Notes: generated from the letters alone by a model not told the origin. DNA of 64,000 bases from a virus (IMGVR_UViG_3300049321_000004:7620-71619), one strand, 5' to 3'. Shown: positions 37,463 through 48,186, counted from the stretch's first letter. Translations and numbers: made by a program.

Positions 37463-38827
37463 TCAAGGGGCCGGTTTAGTGGAGTTCTGGCCAGCGAGGA
37501 AGGCGGCTTTCCAAGCCATCTCACAGGCTTCGTACTTATCTGGGAGGATTCTAACGCTCCACCACCAATCACTAAACTTCCTCTGCGCGTCCTCCACTAC
37601 AGGAGCCGTGGGAAGGGGAGACAGCCGTTGCCAGTGGGTTGAGCCTTTGATCGGCTGATCCCAAGCCCCAACTCCAACGGTCGGCCCCCAGTTATTATTG
37701 TAGCACCAGCGCACGCACTTCACTGGCTGGCTCCTGAATGCCACCACTGAAACAGCATCCTGCTCTGTCGGCATCCTTTCCTTGCACGGCACCCATGCAT
37801 AGAGAGCACGGAGGGAGGTGAGAGCCTTCTCGGATTCAGTCAGCTTGGTGTAAAGCTCGTTTCTGTTTTCAAGCATCTCATTGAACCGTTCCTCCCAGCG
37901 CTTTGCATCCACCTCCTCGTCCTCGCGCTCCTTCACAGTAAGGTGAAGCTGAGCATTCAGCTTCCGGCACTCCTCACGCAATTCCTCTACCCGCCTGTTC
38001 GCAGAGTCTCGTTCCGAGAAAGCACGGCGCAGGATTTCATCCGTCATTTTCTCCGAGTCCACCCTCGGGCCCTGCTTCTCTTCCACAGGCACTTGTGAGG
38101 CAGGGGACTCCACGGGGAGAGGCAATGGGCGTCGCGTGCGACGATGGAACTGGCTTGGAATTGATATTGGATAATCGAGTTTCTCTCCGTCAAACGACTT
38201 CCAGTATTCGCCACAAAAACGGTATTCATCATCATTTGTGACACTTTCATCGAGTAATAATGGTCTCCATCCAGAAGGGAGCCATTCTTTCGTCCATCCA
38301 TCCGAACGATGCCAATGATAGCCAGCAGGCGGTGCTGGCAGCTTCCACTCAGCGGGAGGAGTGGAGACCTTTCCGTCACCAGCGCACCTGTCACAGATCG
38401 CGTGTTTCATGTTCATGTCAGACAAGGATAGGCATCCTGTGCCCCCGCACTTGGGGCACTCTTTCACGGGTGGAGCGTCAGTCCCCTGAGGTGGACTCTC
38501 GCTCACAGCGAGCCGAACGCCCTCCGGGCTACCCAAAGCGGACTCTACTACTAAAGCAGCAGGGAGTGGCATCCAGTGGGTGGGAGTCATGGGCGCAAAG
38601 TTTCCGCACCACACTTTCTGGTCAGGCCAGAAAGAGGTGATTTCTACCTGTAGGCCGAACAGCCCCAAGATGCGCTGTCCATCCTTCGGCGCGGACTCAA
38701 TATCCCGCCACCCCATGGACTCCAGCAAGGAGATGGCTGTTTCTAAGGACTCTTTGAAGCAGGGGTTGATTTCAACCTTCTCAAGGAAGCGAAGATCTGC
38801 GATGACAGAGATTGGTTCTGTGCTCAT
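37463..38827 (-). CDS. Mosaic multi-module protein with two DUF551-like modules, Zn finger and coiled coil
   Basis: WRDIESAPKDG..THWMPLP; CPKCGG..CDRC; WVPCKERMP..THWQRL. Confidence 0.75.
   Translation of the reverse strand: MSTEPISVIADLRFLEKVEINPCFKESLETAISLLESMGWRDIESAPKDGQRILGLFGLQVEITSFWPDQKVWCGNFAPMTPTHWMPLPAALVVESALGSPEGVRLAVSESPPQGTDAPPVKECPKCGGTGCLSLSDMNMKHAICDRCAGDGKVSTPPAEWKLPAPPAGYHWHRSDGWTKEWLPSGWRPLLLDESVTNDDEYRFCGEYWKSFDGEKLDYPISIPSQFHRRTRRPLPLPVESPASQVPVEEKQGPRVDSEKMTDEILRRAFSERDSANRRVEELREECRKLNAQLHLTVKEREDEEVDAKRWEERFNEMLENRNELYTKLTESEKALTSLRALYAWVPCKERMPTEQDAVSVVAFRSQPVKCVRWCYNNNWGPTVGVGAWDQPIKGSTHWQRLSPLPTAPVVEDAQRKFSDWWWSVRILPDKYEACEMAWKAAFLAGQNSTKPAP
38469..38533 (-). 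repeat. Dispersed element, copy 3 (intragenic, domain junction)
   Basis: GGTA GCCC GGA GGGC G TTCG-32 nt-CTGACGCTCCACC. Confidence 0.85.
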
Positions 38828-39126
38828 AGTTTTGATGCGGTGGCGTTCAGTTTCACAATGACAGAAGTACCCAGCGGAGTAGTGGCAATCAGGATGCTCC
38901 GACGATCCCCCTCCTTGGGCTGGCGCTCGACATACCCCATGGAAACCAACCGGTCGATGGAGCCCGTCATGGCGGCAGTGCTGACACCACACAAGGCAGC
39001 CAAGTGGGACATGATGGGAGGTGAATCACTGGCGCAAGCAGACAGGATGACGGCCTGCTGGGGTGAGATGCCGTGAGCCATTAATGACTGGCAGGCCCGG
39101 TAGATGGATGGGTCGAGCTGTTTCAT
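38824..39126 (-). CDS. MarR-family winged-helix regulator
   Basis: LAALCGVSTAAMTGSIDRLVSMGYVER..DRRSILIATTPLG. Confidence 0.9.
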   Translation of the reverse strand: MKQLDPSIYRACQSLMAHGISPQQAVILSACASDSPPIMSHLAALCGVSTAAMTGSIDRLVSMGYVERQPKEGDRRSILIATTPLGTSVIVKLNATASKL

Positions 39127-39187
39127 AGTGTGTGGAGGAATGATGAGTGAGATTGAAGAAAAAGCAAGAATTTTCACTGAAAAAGCA

Positions 39188-39215
39188 TTGACACCAATTT
39201 CAGGTCATGTAATAT
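39188..39215 (+). promoter_or_regulatory. Sigma70-like rightward early promoter
   Basis: TTGACA-16 nt-(TG)TAATAT, divergent from the MarR gene. Confidence 0.7.
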
Positions 39216-39223
39216 CCTTCAAT

Positions 39224-39394
39224 ATGACCAAGCGAAAACCACTTGAACGAAGGAAGGGCTGGATTGAAAAAACGGTCTCTTTCAAAAAGGTCCAGTTCAC
39301 CAAGCTGGAAAAGATTGCCGCGAAGAATCAGGAGAGCTTCCCTGATGTGGTGCGCCGAGGAGCAGACAAGGTGATAGAGGAGGAGTCTGTATGA
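39224..39394 (+). CDS. Ribbon-helix-helix (CopG/Arc-like) regulator
   Basis: KTVSF..QFTKLEKIA..SFPDVVRRGADK. Confidence 0.6.
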   Translation: MTKRKPLERRKGWIEKTVSFKKVQFTKLEKIAAKNQESFPDVVRRGADKVIEEESV

Positions 39395-39870
39395 TTGATT
39401 TCGGGCGCAAAACCACTTATTTCGCTCAGAGGAAAAGCGACAAAGCGTGGAAAATAGGCTTCAGCAAAAATCCTCATGGGAGAGCGTTAAGCATCGGTCC
39501 ATGCGGGACCATAGTTATGAGGCTAATTCTTCCATTTGAGAAGTTTCCTGAAAAGGCCATGCACATGCTGTTCGCCGACCTTAGGATCAAAGGTGAATGG
39601 TTTCGGGATGATCCGAGGATTCTTTACTTCATAAAATGTTATGGAAAAGAGTCTCTTAAAGGGAGAGAGGCTCACACAACGGACATTAGGTTGACCCTTA
39701 ATAAGAAAGATGAGGAACTCGCCCGTGCAATCAGCAAAGCTCAGGGCTGTAGCGGAAGGGCCGCTGTATGGGGTGTGTTCGTAAGACATTCGCATTTGTA
39801 CTCGCGCAAACGTCTTGCTGGCTTCAGCACCACAAAGGCCGGTCGCCCAAAGAAAGGAACAAAACCATGA
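39391..39870 (+). CDS. GIY-YIG-like (T5orf172/MUG113-type) protein
   Basis: TYF..KIGFSKNP..R..EKAMH..F...RIKGEWF. Confidence 0.8.
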   Translation: MIDFGRKTTYFAQRKSDKAWKIGFSKNPHGRALSIGPCGTIVMRLILPFEKFPEKAMHMLFADLRIKGEWFRDDPRILYFIKCYGKESLKGREAHTTDIRLTLNKKDEELARAISKAQGCSGRAAVWGVFVRHSHLYSRKRLAGFSTTKAGRPKKGTKP

Positions 39871-40307
39871 CCTACATTGGAATCGACTGTGGGAAAAACG
39901 GCAGCATCTGCGCCATCACTCCAACCGGACCCGTGGCTCACAAGATGCCGGACACCGACAAGGATCTACTGGATCTCTTGAAGTCTGTGATGTTCTCCGA
40001 CGACGGGAAAGCTGTGGCGTGCCTTGAGGAGGTATCCTCATCCCCACAGATGGGAGTCGTGAGCGCCTTCACATTCGGACGCGGATACGGGAAGCTGGAG
40101 ATGGCTCTGCTCGCTGCCGAGATACCAACAGACAAGGTGAGGCCAGCGGTCTGGCAGAAGGCCCTGCGCTGCCTCAGCAAGGGCGACAAGAATGTGACCA
40201 AGGCCCGTGCTCAAGAACTCTTCCCTTCACTGAAATGCACGCATGCCACAAGCGACGGCCTACTCATCGCCACCTACTGCCAGCGCAAGCACACAGGAAC
40301 CCTCTAA
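39867..40307 (+). CDS. ruvC: RuvC-like Holliday junction resolvase
   Basis: YIGIDCG, CLEEV, SAFTFGRGYG, VRPAVWQK, SDGLLIA. Confidence 0.85.
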   Translation: MTYIGIDCGKNGSICAITPTGPVAHKMPDTDKDLLDLLKSVMFSDDGKAVACLEEVSSSPQMGVVSAFTFGRGYGKLEMALLAAEIPTDKVRPAVWQKALRCLSKGDKNVTKARAQELFPSLKCTHATSDGLLIATYCQRKHTGTL

Positions 40308-40321
40308 ACCCAGACACCGCT

Positions 40322-41312
40322 ATGACCTCAGAACAACTTGAAGGATGGCTTAAAGCCAGAATCGCAGCCACAGCCAAGGCCCGTAAGAAGTACATTGGGA
40401 CGCCAAGATGCATCTCCCTCGGCGGCAAACTCACGGCTCTAAAGTCTGTGCTGGATTTCATCCGTTCTCACTCATGAGATGGGCGATGTCACAGACTGAT
40501 GTTGAAGCCCGTGATGCCTACCGCATAGAGTGCGATATGCGGCACGAACAACGCTACGAGCAGAACCTACGGGTCTCCACACTTGAATCGACACCTATCA
40601 CCGGTCAACCGCCCTCCATGTCACAGTACCGCCAGAACAAGCTCAAACAGGGAGCGGCAGAGATCCTGCGAGTGCTGATGAATGATGATGATTTTATCCC
40701 CATGTGAACCACTATGAACCAAGAAGACGAACATATCTCTGTTGGTGACGGAAAGTACACCGTGATCCTTAAATCCAAAGGAGGGGTTGAATGTCTACGT
40801 CACGGAGAGCTTTGGAGGGACTGCACAGGAGATGGACTGATCTACAGTCTCGCCTGCGCGGTATCCGAAGCACGGGACAGGATTGAAGAACTTGAATCTC
40901 AAATCAGACTTGCCTCCTCATGAGCACCTTTGTCACCCTCCCATCTGGCCTCCGAGTCAACACATCCCACATCCTCCACTACCGGTACATCAAGGAGAAT
41001 GACTCCGTGGCATATACCCGAATTACCCTCTCTCATAATGGAGAGCCTGAGTCAGCCTTTGTATTCGACGAATCCATTGACTTGGAACAGATGGACGCCC
41101 TCCTCAACCCACAGCAGTCACCCATTGTGAGCCCAGTTCTGGAACTTCGCCTTCCAAGGCCCGGAGAGCCAGTGTGCTTTAAATGGGATGGACGTTGGAT
41201 TCATGGAATTGTCCAGTCACCTCAAGTTGAGGACGACAAGATCATCATCGTTTCGGATGGAGTGGAATACCAGTATGACCTTCCCTCCTCTTTCACGGTA
41301 AAACTTCAGTAA
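40322..41312 (+). CDS. Cluster of small hypothetical genes (incl. 40322-40477, 40714-40923, 40920-41312)
   Basis: Packed rightward ORFs. Confidence 0.5.
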
Positions 41313-41345
41313 CACAAAACATCAAATACCACACCAGACATCTAT

Positions 41346-42008
41346 ATGGCCATCATTGCATCTGCATCCAGCAACCGGGTACCAGCTCCTTCAGGAAGCC
41401 ACATGGCTCGTTGTTATGGAGTCGTGGACCTCGGAACTCATGACAACCCACAGTTCGGAACCACAGCCCGCAAGGTTCTGCTGATGTTTGAACTTCCCAC
41501 GGAACTTCACACATGGAAGGAAGAAGTTGGGCCAGAGCCTTTTGCTGTGTCCCGTGAGTTCACTCTTAGCTTGGGGAAGAAGTCCAATCTCCGCCCATTC
41601 CTTGAGGGCTGGCGTGGCCGACCTTTCACCGATGAGGAACTGGCAAAGTTCGACATCTCAGTGTTGGCCGGTCAACCGTGCCTCATGAACATCATCCATG
41701 AGGTGAAGGAGGGGAAAACATATGCGAACATCCAGTCGGTGATGAAACTTCCCAAGGCCATGGGCGATTGCCCTCCGGCCCACAACAAGGTGATTGCACT
41801 GTCTCTGGACTCAGACTTCAGCAAGCAGGATTTTGACCGACTTCCCGAGTGGATTCGCAAGAAGATTGAGGTGACAAAGGAATACAAAAGCGTCACCGGA
41901 GACCTGTCTGAAGGTGAACTTGCTTCAGGAGGAAGCTATCACTCCGGTATGGAAAGCGACGATGTGCCCTTCTCCCATCCCCACTACCTCACTGTCGGCG
42001 GATGGTGA
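41346..42008 (+). CDS. Conserved phage replication-region protein, putative ssDNA-binding
   Basis: ARCYGVVDLG..EFTLSL..KSNLRPFLEGWRG..GQPCLMNI..YANI; acidic C-tail ending DDVPF. Confidence 0.6.
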   Translation: MAIIASASSNRVPAPSGSHMARCYGVVDLGTHDNPQFGTTARKVLLMFELPTELHTWKEEVGPEPFAVSREFTLSLGKKSNLRPFLEGWRGRPFTDEELAKFDISVLAGQPCLMNIIHEVKEGKTYANIQSVMKLPKAMGDCPPAHNKVIALSLDSDFSKQDFDRLPEWIRKKIEVTKEYKSVTGDLSEGELASGGSYHSGMESDDVPFSHPHYLTVGGW

Positions 42009-42131
42009 ATACACCGGGAGATTCAAATTCCTCCATGAAAAGCGCAGGAGGACCCCTCCTCCTGCGCGAGAGGAAAAGGTTTACCCACAGCTTTCAAAGA
42101 AAGAAATAGAAGATTGGTGTGATTTACAATT

Positions 42132-42638
42132 TTGAATATGAAGGTGTGCAAGACATGTGGGCTTACTAAGCAAGAGTCCGAGTTCTATCATAGAGGGTCT
42201 CGGCCCTCCTTAATGAGGGAATGTAAGGATTGCAAAAAGGCGTACCAAAAATCCTACATTTCAAGAAAGTCCAAGGAAGATCCTGAGTGGCTCATCAGGA
42301 GGCTTGATCAAGCTAGGGAGTTTTCAAGAAAACATCTGGCCCTGAGGAGTCCCAAATCAAACAAGCGGCGTCCGAGAGACCCATTAAAAACAAAGGCTCA
42401 AGCAACGCTTAGAAAAGCTGTATTAAACGGATCGATTAAGCCGCTTCCTTGTGAAGTGTGCGGATCGTCTCAAAAAGTCCACGGACATCACGAGGATTAC
42501 AATAGACCTTTGGATGTGAATTGGTTGTGTCAAAAACATCACCACCTCCGTCATATGGATCTGAAGAGGGATTCAATACGAAAATTATCAACTTCCACAT
42601 ATGAGCACTCCTCGTTCATTCCACTTCCCACAGGCTGA
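42132..42638 (+). CDS. HNH endonuclease with N-terminal Zn ribbon
   Basis: KVCKTCG..CKDC; PCEVCG..HGHHEDYNRPLDVNWLCQKHH. Confidence 0.85.
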   Translation: MNMKVCKTCGLTKQESEFYHRGSRPSLMRECKDCKKAYQKSYISRKSKEDPEWLIRRLDQAREFSRKHLALRSPKSNKRRPRDPLKTKAQATLRKAVLNGSIKPLPCEVCGSSQKVHGHHEDYNRPLDVNWLCQKHHHLRHMDLKRDSIRKLSTSTYEHSSFIPLPTG

Positions 42639-43238
42639 AATACGCTCCATCTCCGCCACGGTGGATCGCGGCCTAAGGTTCTCGGTAGTGACCGGGGAGA
42701 TTCCAGACGAGCACCGTGGCACCTTTCTTGCCCTGCAAGGAATCAACTGTGAGGCGATCATCTCCCCACATGAAAGGCCGGAGGGTGATGAGCCGGTGTT
42801 TGTGGATTCAGACATCAAAAAGAAATCGCCCTCAAAAAGGCTTCACGATGTGCTCTACGTTTTCTTCCAGCAGCGCAAGCAAGCGGGGAAGTTCAAAGGC
42901 ACGTTCGATACTTTTTATTCAGAGCAAATCGAGGTTCTGATAGATCGTGTGAAGTCGAAACTTGACCCAAAGAAACCGTCATGAACCCACCCATCACCAT
43001 GCCCGTCAGTTCCTGTGACGGGATAACTATCGCGGCCTCCCGAGCCTGTAAACTCGCCTCTAGCAGATCTACAAGCGTCTCCTTCACTGTCGCAGGCATC
43101 TCACTGGTGGCCACTCCAGACTCAGAGAGTGACCAACTTGTCAGCGACTGGTTCAAGATATTTCAGCAACAGAAGAAAGACGTGGAAGCGCGAAGCGCCT
43201 TCGTCCCCGTGCCAGACATAAAGACCCGTATGGGCTGA
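42601..43238 (+). CDS. Two hypothetical genes (42601-42984, 42981-43238)
   Basis: Coupled rightward ORFs. Confidence 0.6.
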
Positions 43239-43247
43239 CGCTCCACT
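43184..43247 (+). repeat. Dispersed element, copy 4 (its TGA is the stop of 42981-43238)
   Basis: GGAA GCGC GAA GCGC C TTCG-31 nt-CTGACGCTCCACT. Confidence 0.8.
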
Positions 43248-43269
43248 TCAAAAGAAAGGAATACTACCT

Positions 43270-44282
43270 ATGGGAATGTTTGATAACATCTACTACAAAG
43301 GGGAGGCGTACCAGTCCAAGGACATGGAGTGCGAACTCACATCCTACTATATTGAGGACGGTAAACTTTTTCGCCATCAATGGAGTCATAATGGAGAAAA
43401 ATGGGTAGACGATGGCAAGAAGGAAACTCAATACCACGGGTATCTAAATTTCTACCGCAGAGGTCCTGAGAAGTGGGAGGAGTACAATGCCAAGTTTGAT
43501 GAAGGAAATCTTATCACGGTAGAGGAGTCTCAAGAAAACTGGATATGAGACCATTCTGCCAGACATGCGCATCCCGTGGGCTTTCTTTGTGGGAAAACTG
43601 CTGCGTGTGTTCAGGCCACGTAACGCTTCCCTTCACGGTTCCCACCCTACCACAAACACCCCAACACACCTTCCGTGGGGCAGTAGTGAAGACAGTGGAG
43701 AAAGATGAAGGACCGAAGATAGGCCGAAAAGAGCGCGAAAGACTGGCTAGAATCTTCAACACAGGAACCAAATGAAACTATGAAAGACAAGTCTAAAGAC
43801 AAGTGGACGGTTACTACGAAGGAAAGTGAGAAGCCACCCATACCGGGCCTCACTGCCCCAACTAAGGTATTCACTCACTCCCTGAAGTACGACGGCAAGA
43901 AAGTCCATAGTCTCACAGGCTACAACGGACTCACCATCCTGACCGACACGGCCCGAGAATTTAACGCCCAAGGATACACACCGATCTTCAACAGCACCGT
44001 TCTTCTTCATGAACTTTCCCGCGCTCAACGCAAGAAGCTGGACGACCTCTGCGCCAAGTCCGTCCCGGACCTGTTTCCCGTGGAAAGTGAGGTGAAGCTG
44101 TGAGTGACTTGGACATGGTCCGAGACCTTCAGATTGTGTTGGGGCACGCCATTCTCTGCGGCCACGAGAGGGCTGAGTTGGAGCGATGCTTGGAGAAGGG
44201 TGGAATGACTGAGTATAAGTATCACTGTATGCTCAAGAATCACATCACGGTTATTCAGGAGCACCAGAAAAAACCGGCATGA
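43270..44282 (+). CDS. Four hypothetical genes (43270-43548, 43545-43775, 43780-44103, 44100-44282)
   Basis: Coupled rightward ORFs. Confidence 0.55.
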
Positions 44283-44929
44283 CCCCCGTACTGTTCAAAT
44301 GCTCCAAGTGCCGTGAGCACAAACCATCCACCGGCTTCCACAAGGACCGGAGAAAGGCGAGAGGACTGGCCAGCGCCTGCATGGACTGCCGCCGTGAACA
44401 GCAACGCCAGAACTCCGCCAGACAGCACCAAAAGCAGCGGGAGCGGTACTCCGCCATGATCTCCCAGCCAAAACCAACCCAGACTACCCCAAAGCCTCAA
44501 AAACCTCTCAGAACGCCCCAGAATGCAAAGAAACGGCCAACCAGGAAGGCCCGGCTCAAACCAGTCAGCGACCAGAAGCGGGACTGGAATGTGCTCTACC
44601 GTGAGAAGATCGACCGGGACACCCTGTTTGGGGTCTACTTCGACCTTGGCGAGAAGGATGGTGAACCCGTGGTGGTGCGCAAGATTGGCAGCAGGCTGGG
44701 ATGTGAGCGCCATCACAGTCTTGGAAGAGAGGGTTGCAAGATCCTGTTCTACGCCTTCTGCACAGTTAAACTTCACACCTTCACCCATGATAACGGCAAG
44801 AAATCCAGACGGTTAGGTCTACTTTTACCGGAATTTGAGGGACGAGAATCCAAGGAAAATCAACTGGACCCACTTGGGCTACTTCCTGAGTACCAAGCCT
44901 ACCTGAAACATCACAACCTGAATAAATAG
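44279..44929 (+). CDS. Zn-ribbon protein with HNH-like C-terminus
   Basis: CSKC..ACMDC; ERHH..HTFTHDN. Confidence 0.55.
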   Translation: MTPVLFKCSKCREHKPSTGFHKDRRKARGLASACMDCRREQQRQNSARQHQKQRERYSAMISQPKPTQTTPKPQKPLRTPQNAKKRPTRKARLKPVSDQKRDWNVLYREKIDRDTLFGVYFDLGEKDGEPVVVRKIGSRLGCERHHSLGREGCKILFYAFCTVKLHTFTHDNGKKSRRLGLLLPEFEGRESKENQLDPLGLLPEYQAYLKHHNLNK

Positions 44930-44942
44930 AGCAACAAACATC

Positions 44943-45272
44943 ATGAAACCAGAACTTGAACTTACACCACCTCCTCACAACGGATTCCGCATTGAGCACA
45001 TCATGCTCTCTGTGACCGTCGTTCACACCAACGAGATCATGCAGTACGACGACTCCTGCGCCTTCCTCATTGGAAAGGGGCTGAAGGAATACAATGGCGT
45101 CGTGAGTGTGCAGGCGGAGACGCTCTATAAGCACGGGAAGACGGATACGCATCCCGAAGGTTGCGACTGCGGAGAGTGTACTTATCACACGCGCATGGCT
45201 GCTATTCAGGTGGACCCATTCACGGGACACCTCATCGCGTCATCGTCAGTTCCACAAGGTAGCCAAGCCTGA
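44943..45272 (+). CDS. Hypothetical protein, paralog of 34771-35040
   Basis: EHIMLSVTV..IMQYDDSCAF..KGLKEY..GCDCGEC. Confidence 0.75.
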   Translation: MKPELELTPPPHNGFRIEHIMLSVTVVHTNEIMQYDDSCAFLIGKGLKEYNGVVSVQAETLYKHGKTDTHPEGCDCGECTYHTRMAAIQVDPFTGHLIASSSVPQGSQA

Positions 45273-45301
45273 GCGTGCCAACGAAGGCCCTTTGGGCTTC
45301 C
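45237..45301 (-). repeat. Dispersed element, copy 5 (antisense, gene junction)
   Basis: GGAA GCCC AAA GGGC C TTCG-32 nt-CTGACGATGACGC. Confidence 0.8.
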
Positions 45302-45328
45302 CAAAACTCTACCCAAAAAGAAACACCT

Positions 45329-46036
45329 ATGAACACACCACCCGACCCTAAGCCCTCCTCTGTTGACTGGGAGAGGCTCAAAGAGCTAAACAACCAGGCT
45401 TCACCATCTCCTTGGCATGTTGAACCACTTTCCCAGTTCGTCTCCAAGCGAGATGCTGAACTTATCGTGGCAATGAGACATTCTCTCCCATCCATCCTCG
45501 CGCTATCCGATGAACTGGAGAACCTGAAGTTCAAACTCGCTGCTGCCGACCGAGGGTTAGAGCTTCAGCAAAGGGAACTTAATGCATCCATTTCTTCTGG
45601 GGAATATAACCATAGGCACATTGCCGCCATTGAGTCTTCCCTGTCCGACGCTCTTGCCTCCCTCACCTCGGAGAAGTCCAGAGCAGACACGGCGGAGGAT
45701 GCCTTGAAGTGTTTTCAAGCAGCGGAGGTTGAGGGCTATTTTAGCGAGGAGTCAACGTTGGAGCATAAAGCGGACGTTTTCCAGCGTCGTGTAGCCATTG
45801 GCCTTGCAAGAATGTCCAGCGTTTTCACCACTCCCTCAGCCCCAGCCACGAGTGGGGTGGAAGCGGAGGCGTCTTTCTTTGCCTTCTACGATAAGGAGAG
45901 TGATGAAATAGAGCTTTGTTACACTCCCAGTTCACCGGACGGGAATGGTGTCTATGCAACCCCATATTATGCTGGAAAGTCACCATACGAGCCAGCGCCC
46001 ACCCCAGCCGTCAGGGAGCCCCTTTCGGGAAGCTAG
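45329..46036 (+). CDS. Ead/Ea22-like coiled-coil protein
   Basis: LKELNNQASPSPW..DAELIVAMR..LALSDELE pattern. Confidence 0.6.
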   Translation: MNTPPDPKPSSVDWERLKELNNQASPSPWHVEPLSQFVSKRDAELIVAMRHSLPSILALSDELENLKFKLAAADRGLELQQRELNASISSGEYNHRHIAAIESSLSDALASLTSEKSRADTAEDALKCFQAAEVEGYFSEESTLEHKADVFQRRVAIGLARMSSVFTTPSAPATSGVEAEASFFAFYDKESDEIELCYTPSSPDGNGVYATPYYAGKSPYEPAPTPAVREPLSGS

Positions 46037-46091
46037 CGCCTTCGATTACCTCACCCGTGAATAGCAACCTGCACTGGACTGACGTTTTACC
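46028..46091 (+). repeat. Dispersed element, copy 6 (gene junction)
   Basis: GGAAGCTAGCGC C TTCG-34 nt-CTGACGTTTTACC; 17-nt exact match to copy 2. Confidence 0.8.
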
Positions 46092-46170
46092 TGCCGTGAA
46101 CCCTGACCCTGATCTCCCTCCACTGGAATTCCTAGACGCAGAACCTGACCGCTGAAACCACTACAACACT

Positions 46171-47006
46171 ATGAACACATTGACTGAAGAGACACTGAAG
46201 GAACTGGAGCGACTCCATGAGAGGTGTTCCAACGATGGAGCCGACTACGGAGATTCGCCAAATGATGTGGCGATGCTTCAAGCGCTACAGGACCATCTTC
46301 CAGCCCTCATCTCCTCTGCAAGAGAAGCCTTGAGGTTGAGGGAGGCACTGGAGAAGATAGCCAATCTTTCATGGGGTTATGATGGAGATTGTGGAGCAGT
46401 GGCAATTGCCGACGAAGCTCTTGAAAAACCCGGAGGGTCTTCGAATCCGCTTCCCGCGAGTAGTGCCGCGCCAGAGACTGACGCTCCACCCCCTGAGAGG
46501 GATCAGGAGTGTGCTCACGGAGTGCGCTTCGGCAGGCCCTGTGAGGAATGCCACCAAGAGGTGCTCCTTCGCAAGGGGTTGGACGATCACTCCTGCAACT
46601 CAACTGGATGGGAGAAGCCATGAACCTCACGCCCCAACAGCTCCACATCATCCAGCATTCGCTCGGTCTGGACCAATACGGTCGCGGCAGAGAGTATCGC
46701 AATCACTTCGTGACAGGTCCGGGAAGTTCAGACTTTGCCGACTGCGAGTCCCTCGTAGATGGAGCCTGCATGACTGTCCGGCGCAACCTTCCACTAGCTG
46801 GAGGTGATGGAAGCAACTGCTACACCGTCACCGACTGGGGCAGGATGAAGATGCATGAGCAGAGCCCTGAACCTCCCAAGGTCCCCAAGTCAAAACTGAG
46901 GTACAAGGCATGGTTGGAGGTCTCCGATTGCTACCCTGACTGGGGATTTGGCGACTGGCTGAAGGCAAACCAGAAGAGGAAACGGACTGGACATTCCGCC
47001 GCATGA
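46171..47006 (+). CDS. Two hypothetical genes (46171-46623 mosaic; 46620-47006)
   Basis: Coupled ORFs; first contains element copy 7 before a CAHG..CEEC module. Confidence 0.6.
46424..46490 (+). repeat. Dispersed element, copy 7 (intragenic, domain junction)
   Basis: AAAA ACCC GGA GGGT C TTCG-34 nt-CTGACGCTCCACC. Confidence 0.85.
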
Positions 47007-47194
47007 AGATCATCACGGAGGCGTCCATTCCAGTCACCATCATAGACTTGATCTGCTCATCATCCATTGTGGTGACGGTCATCATCTGCATCACAGTTCT
47101 CCTGCTGCACTGGACATGAAACCACCACCCACTCTCCCGTATTCCTCACCTGAGTTCGTGGGAGAGTAAGCCGGTCAACCAAGTCAACACTACT

Positions 47195-47473
47195 ATGAAG
47201 AAGCCAACAACACCTCCCACGCTCCCATTCGACACCGACCGTTTCCGTGAGGCATGGCAAACATGGGGAGAGTTTCGCAGGCTGGAACTCAAGAAGCCGC
47301 TCGGACCCATCTCCACCAAAGAGCAACTGAAGTTCTTGGGTGAGATGAGTGAGGACATGGCACTGGCCTGTATGTCACAGAGCATGCGGAATAGCTGGCA
47401 GGGGCTTTTCCCTGTAGCCAAGGCCATCACGACCGCCAAGATTGTCCACTTTGAACAGGGAGGTGGGTTTTGA
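47195..47473 (+). CDS. Stand-alone C-terminal domain of a phage replication initiator
   Basis: FREAWQTW..RRLELKKP..QSMRNSWQGLF motif, coupled to DnaC-like gene. Confidence 0.65.
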   Translation: MKKPTTPPTLPFDTDRFREAWQTWGEFRRLELKKPLGPISTKEQLKFLGEMSEDMALACMSQSMRNSWQGLFPVAKAITTAKIVHFEQGGGF

Positions 47474-48186
47474 GCGTCACAGCCAACCTCCGAATCGTGA
47501 GGGAATACACGACCCAAGCCACCTGCAAGACCTGCAACCAACCGTTCGAGACCGAGGTGGCCGAGTTTGCTAATGGCAAGTCCCTGCAAGCCAACGTGTG
47601 CACGCCCTGCTACGAACGGCGGGAAGCGGCACAACCCCAAGCCAACCGGGAGGAGAAGCGCAAGCAGGAATGGGACAGGATGGTGGGTGGCTACTACCAC
47701 ATCTTCGACCCCAATCGCATCCCCAAGGAAATCAGAGGACACCTCGAAACGGTCTTCAACTGGCATCCTGACAGCCCCCGTGGTATCGGCTTCATCGGCA
47801 AGAGTCGCACCGGAAAGTCCCGTGTCCTCTTCGAACTGGGCCGAAGGCTGTACGTCCGTGGACAGGATGTGTACCCTACCAGCGGGATCGAGTTCGCGGA
47901 GAAGGTGGCAGGTCAGGTGGGGCACCGTGAGGACTTCGACGCCTACATGCAGCGGGTGAAGAACTGCAAGATCCTGCTCCTCGACGATGGCGATAAGATG
48001 TCGTTCACGCCCGCTGTAGAGGCCGCATACTACGGGATGCTGGAATACCGCAGGCGATTCCAAAGACCGATCCTGGCCAGCGTAAACAGCAACGGCAAGG
48101 CCATGGCAGCAGCAGCCAGTGACAACCGTGGAGAGCCCATTGTGAACCGGCTGCGGGACCTTTGTGAAATCATTGAACTGAAGTAA
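47470..48186 (+). CDS. DnaC/IstB-like AAA+ helicase loader
   Basis: CKTC..CTPC Zn site; Walker A GKSRTGKS; Walker B ILLLDD; RLRD sensor. Confidence 0.85.
   Translation: MSVTANLRIVREYTTQATCKTCNQPFETEVAEFANGKSLQANVCTPCYERREAAQPQANREEKRKQEWDRMVGGYYHIFDPNRIPKEIRGHLETVFNWHPDSPRGIGFIGKSRTGKSRVLFELGRRLYVRGQDVYPTSGIEFAEKVAGQVGHREDFDAYMQRVKNCKILLLDDGDKMSFTPAVEAAYYGMLEYRRRFQRPILASVNSNGKAMAAAASDNRGEPIVNRLRDLCEIIELK

Noticed and set aside
43004-43060. Further element-like matches (43004, 52395, 58305, 61532)
   Set aside because: Only one box or wrong spacing; not counted as copies
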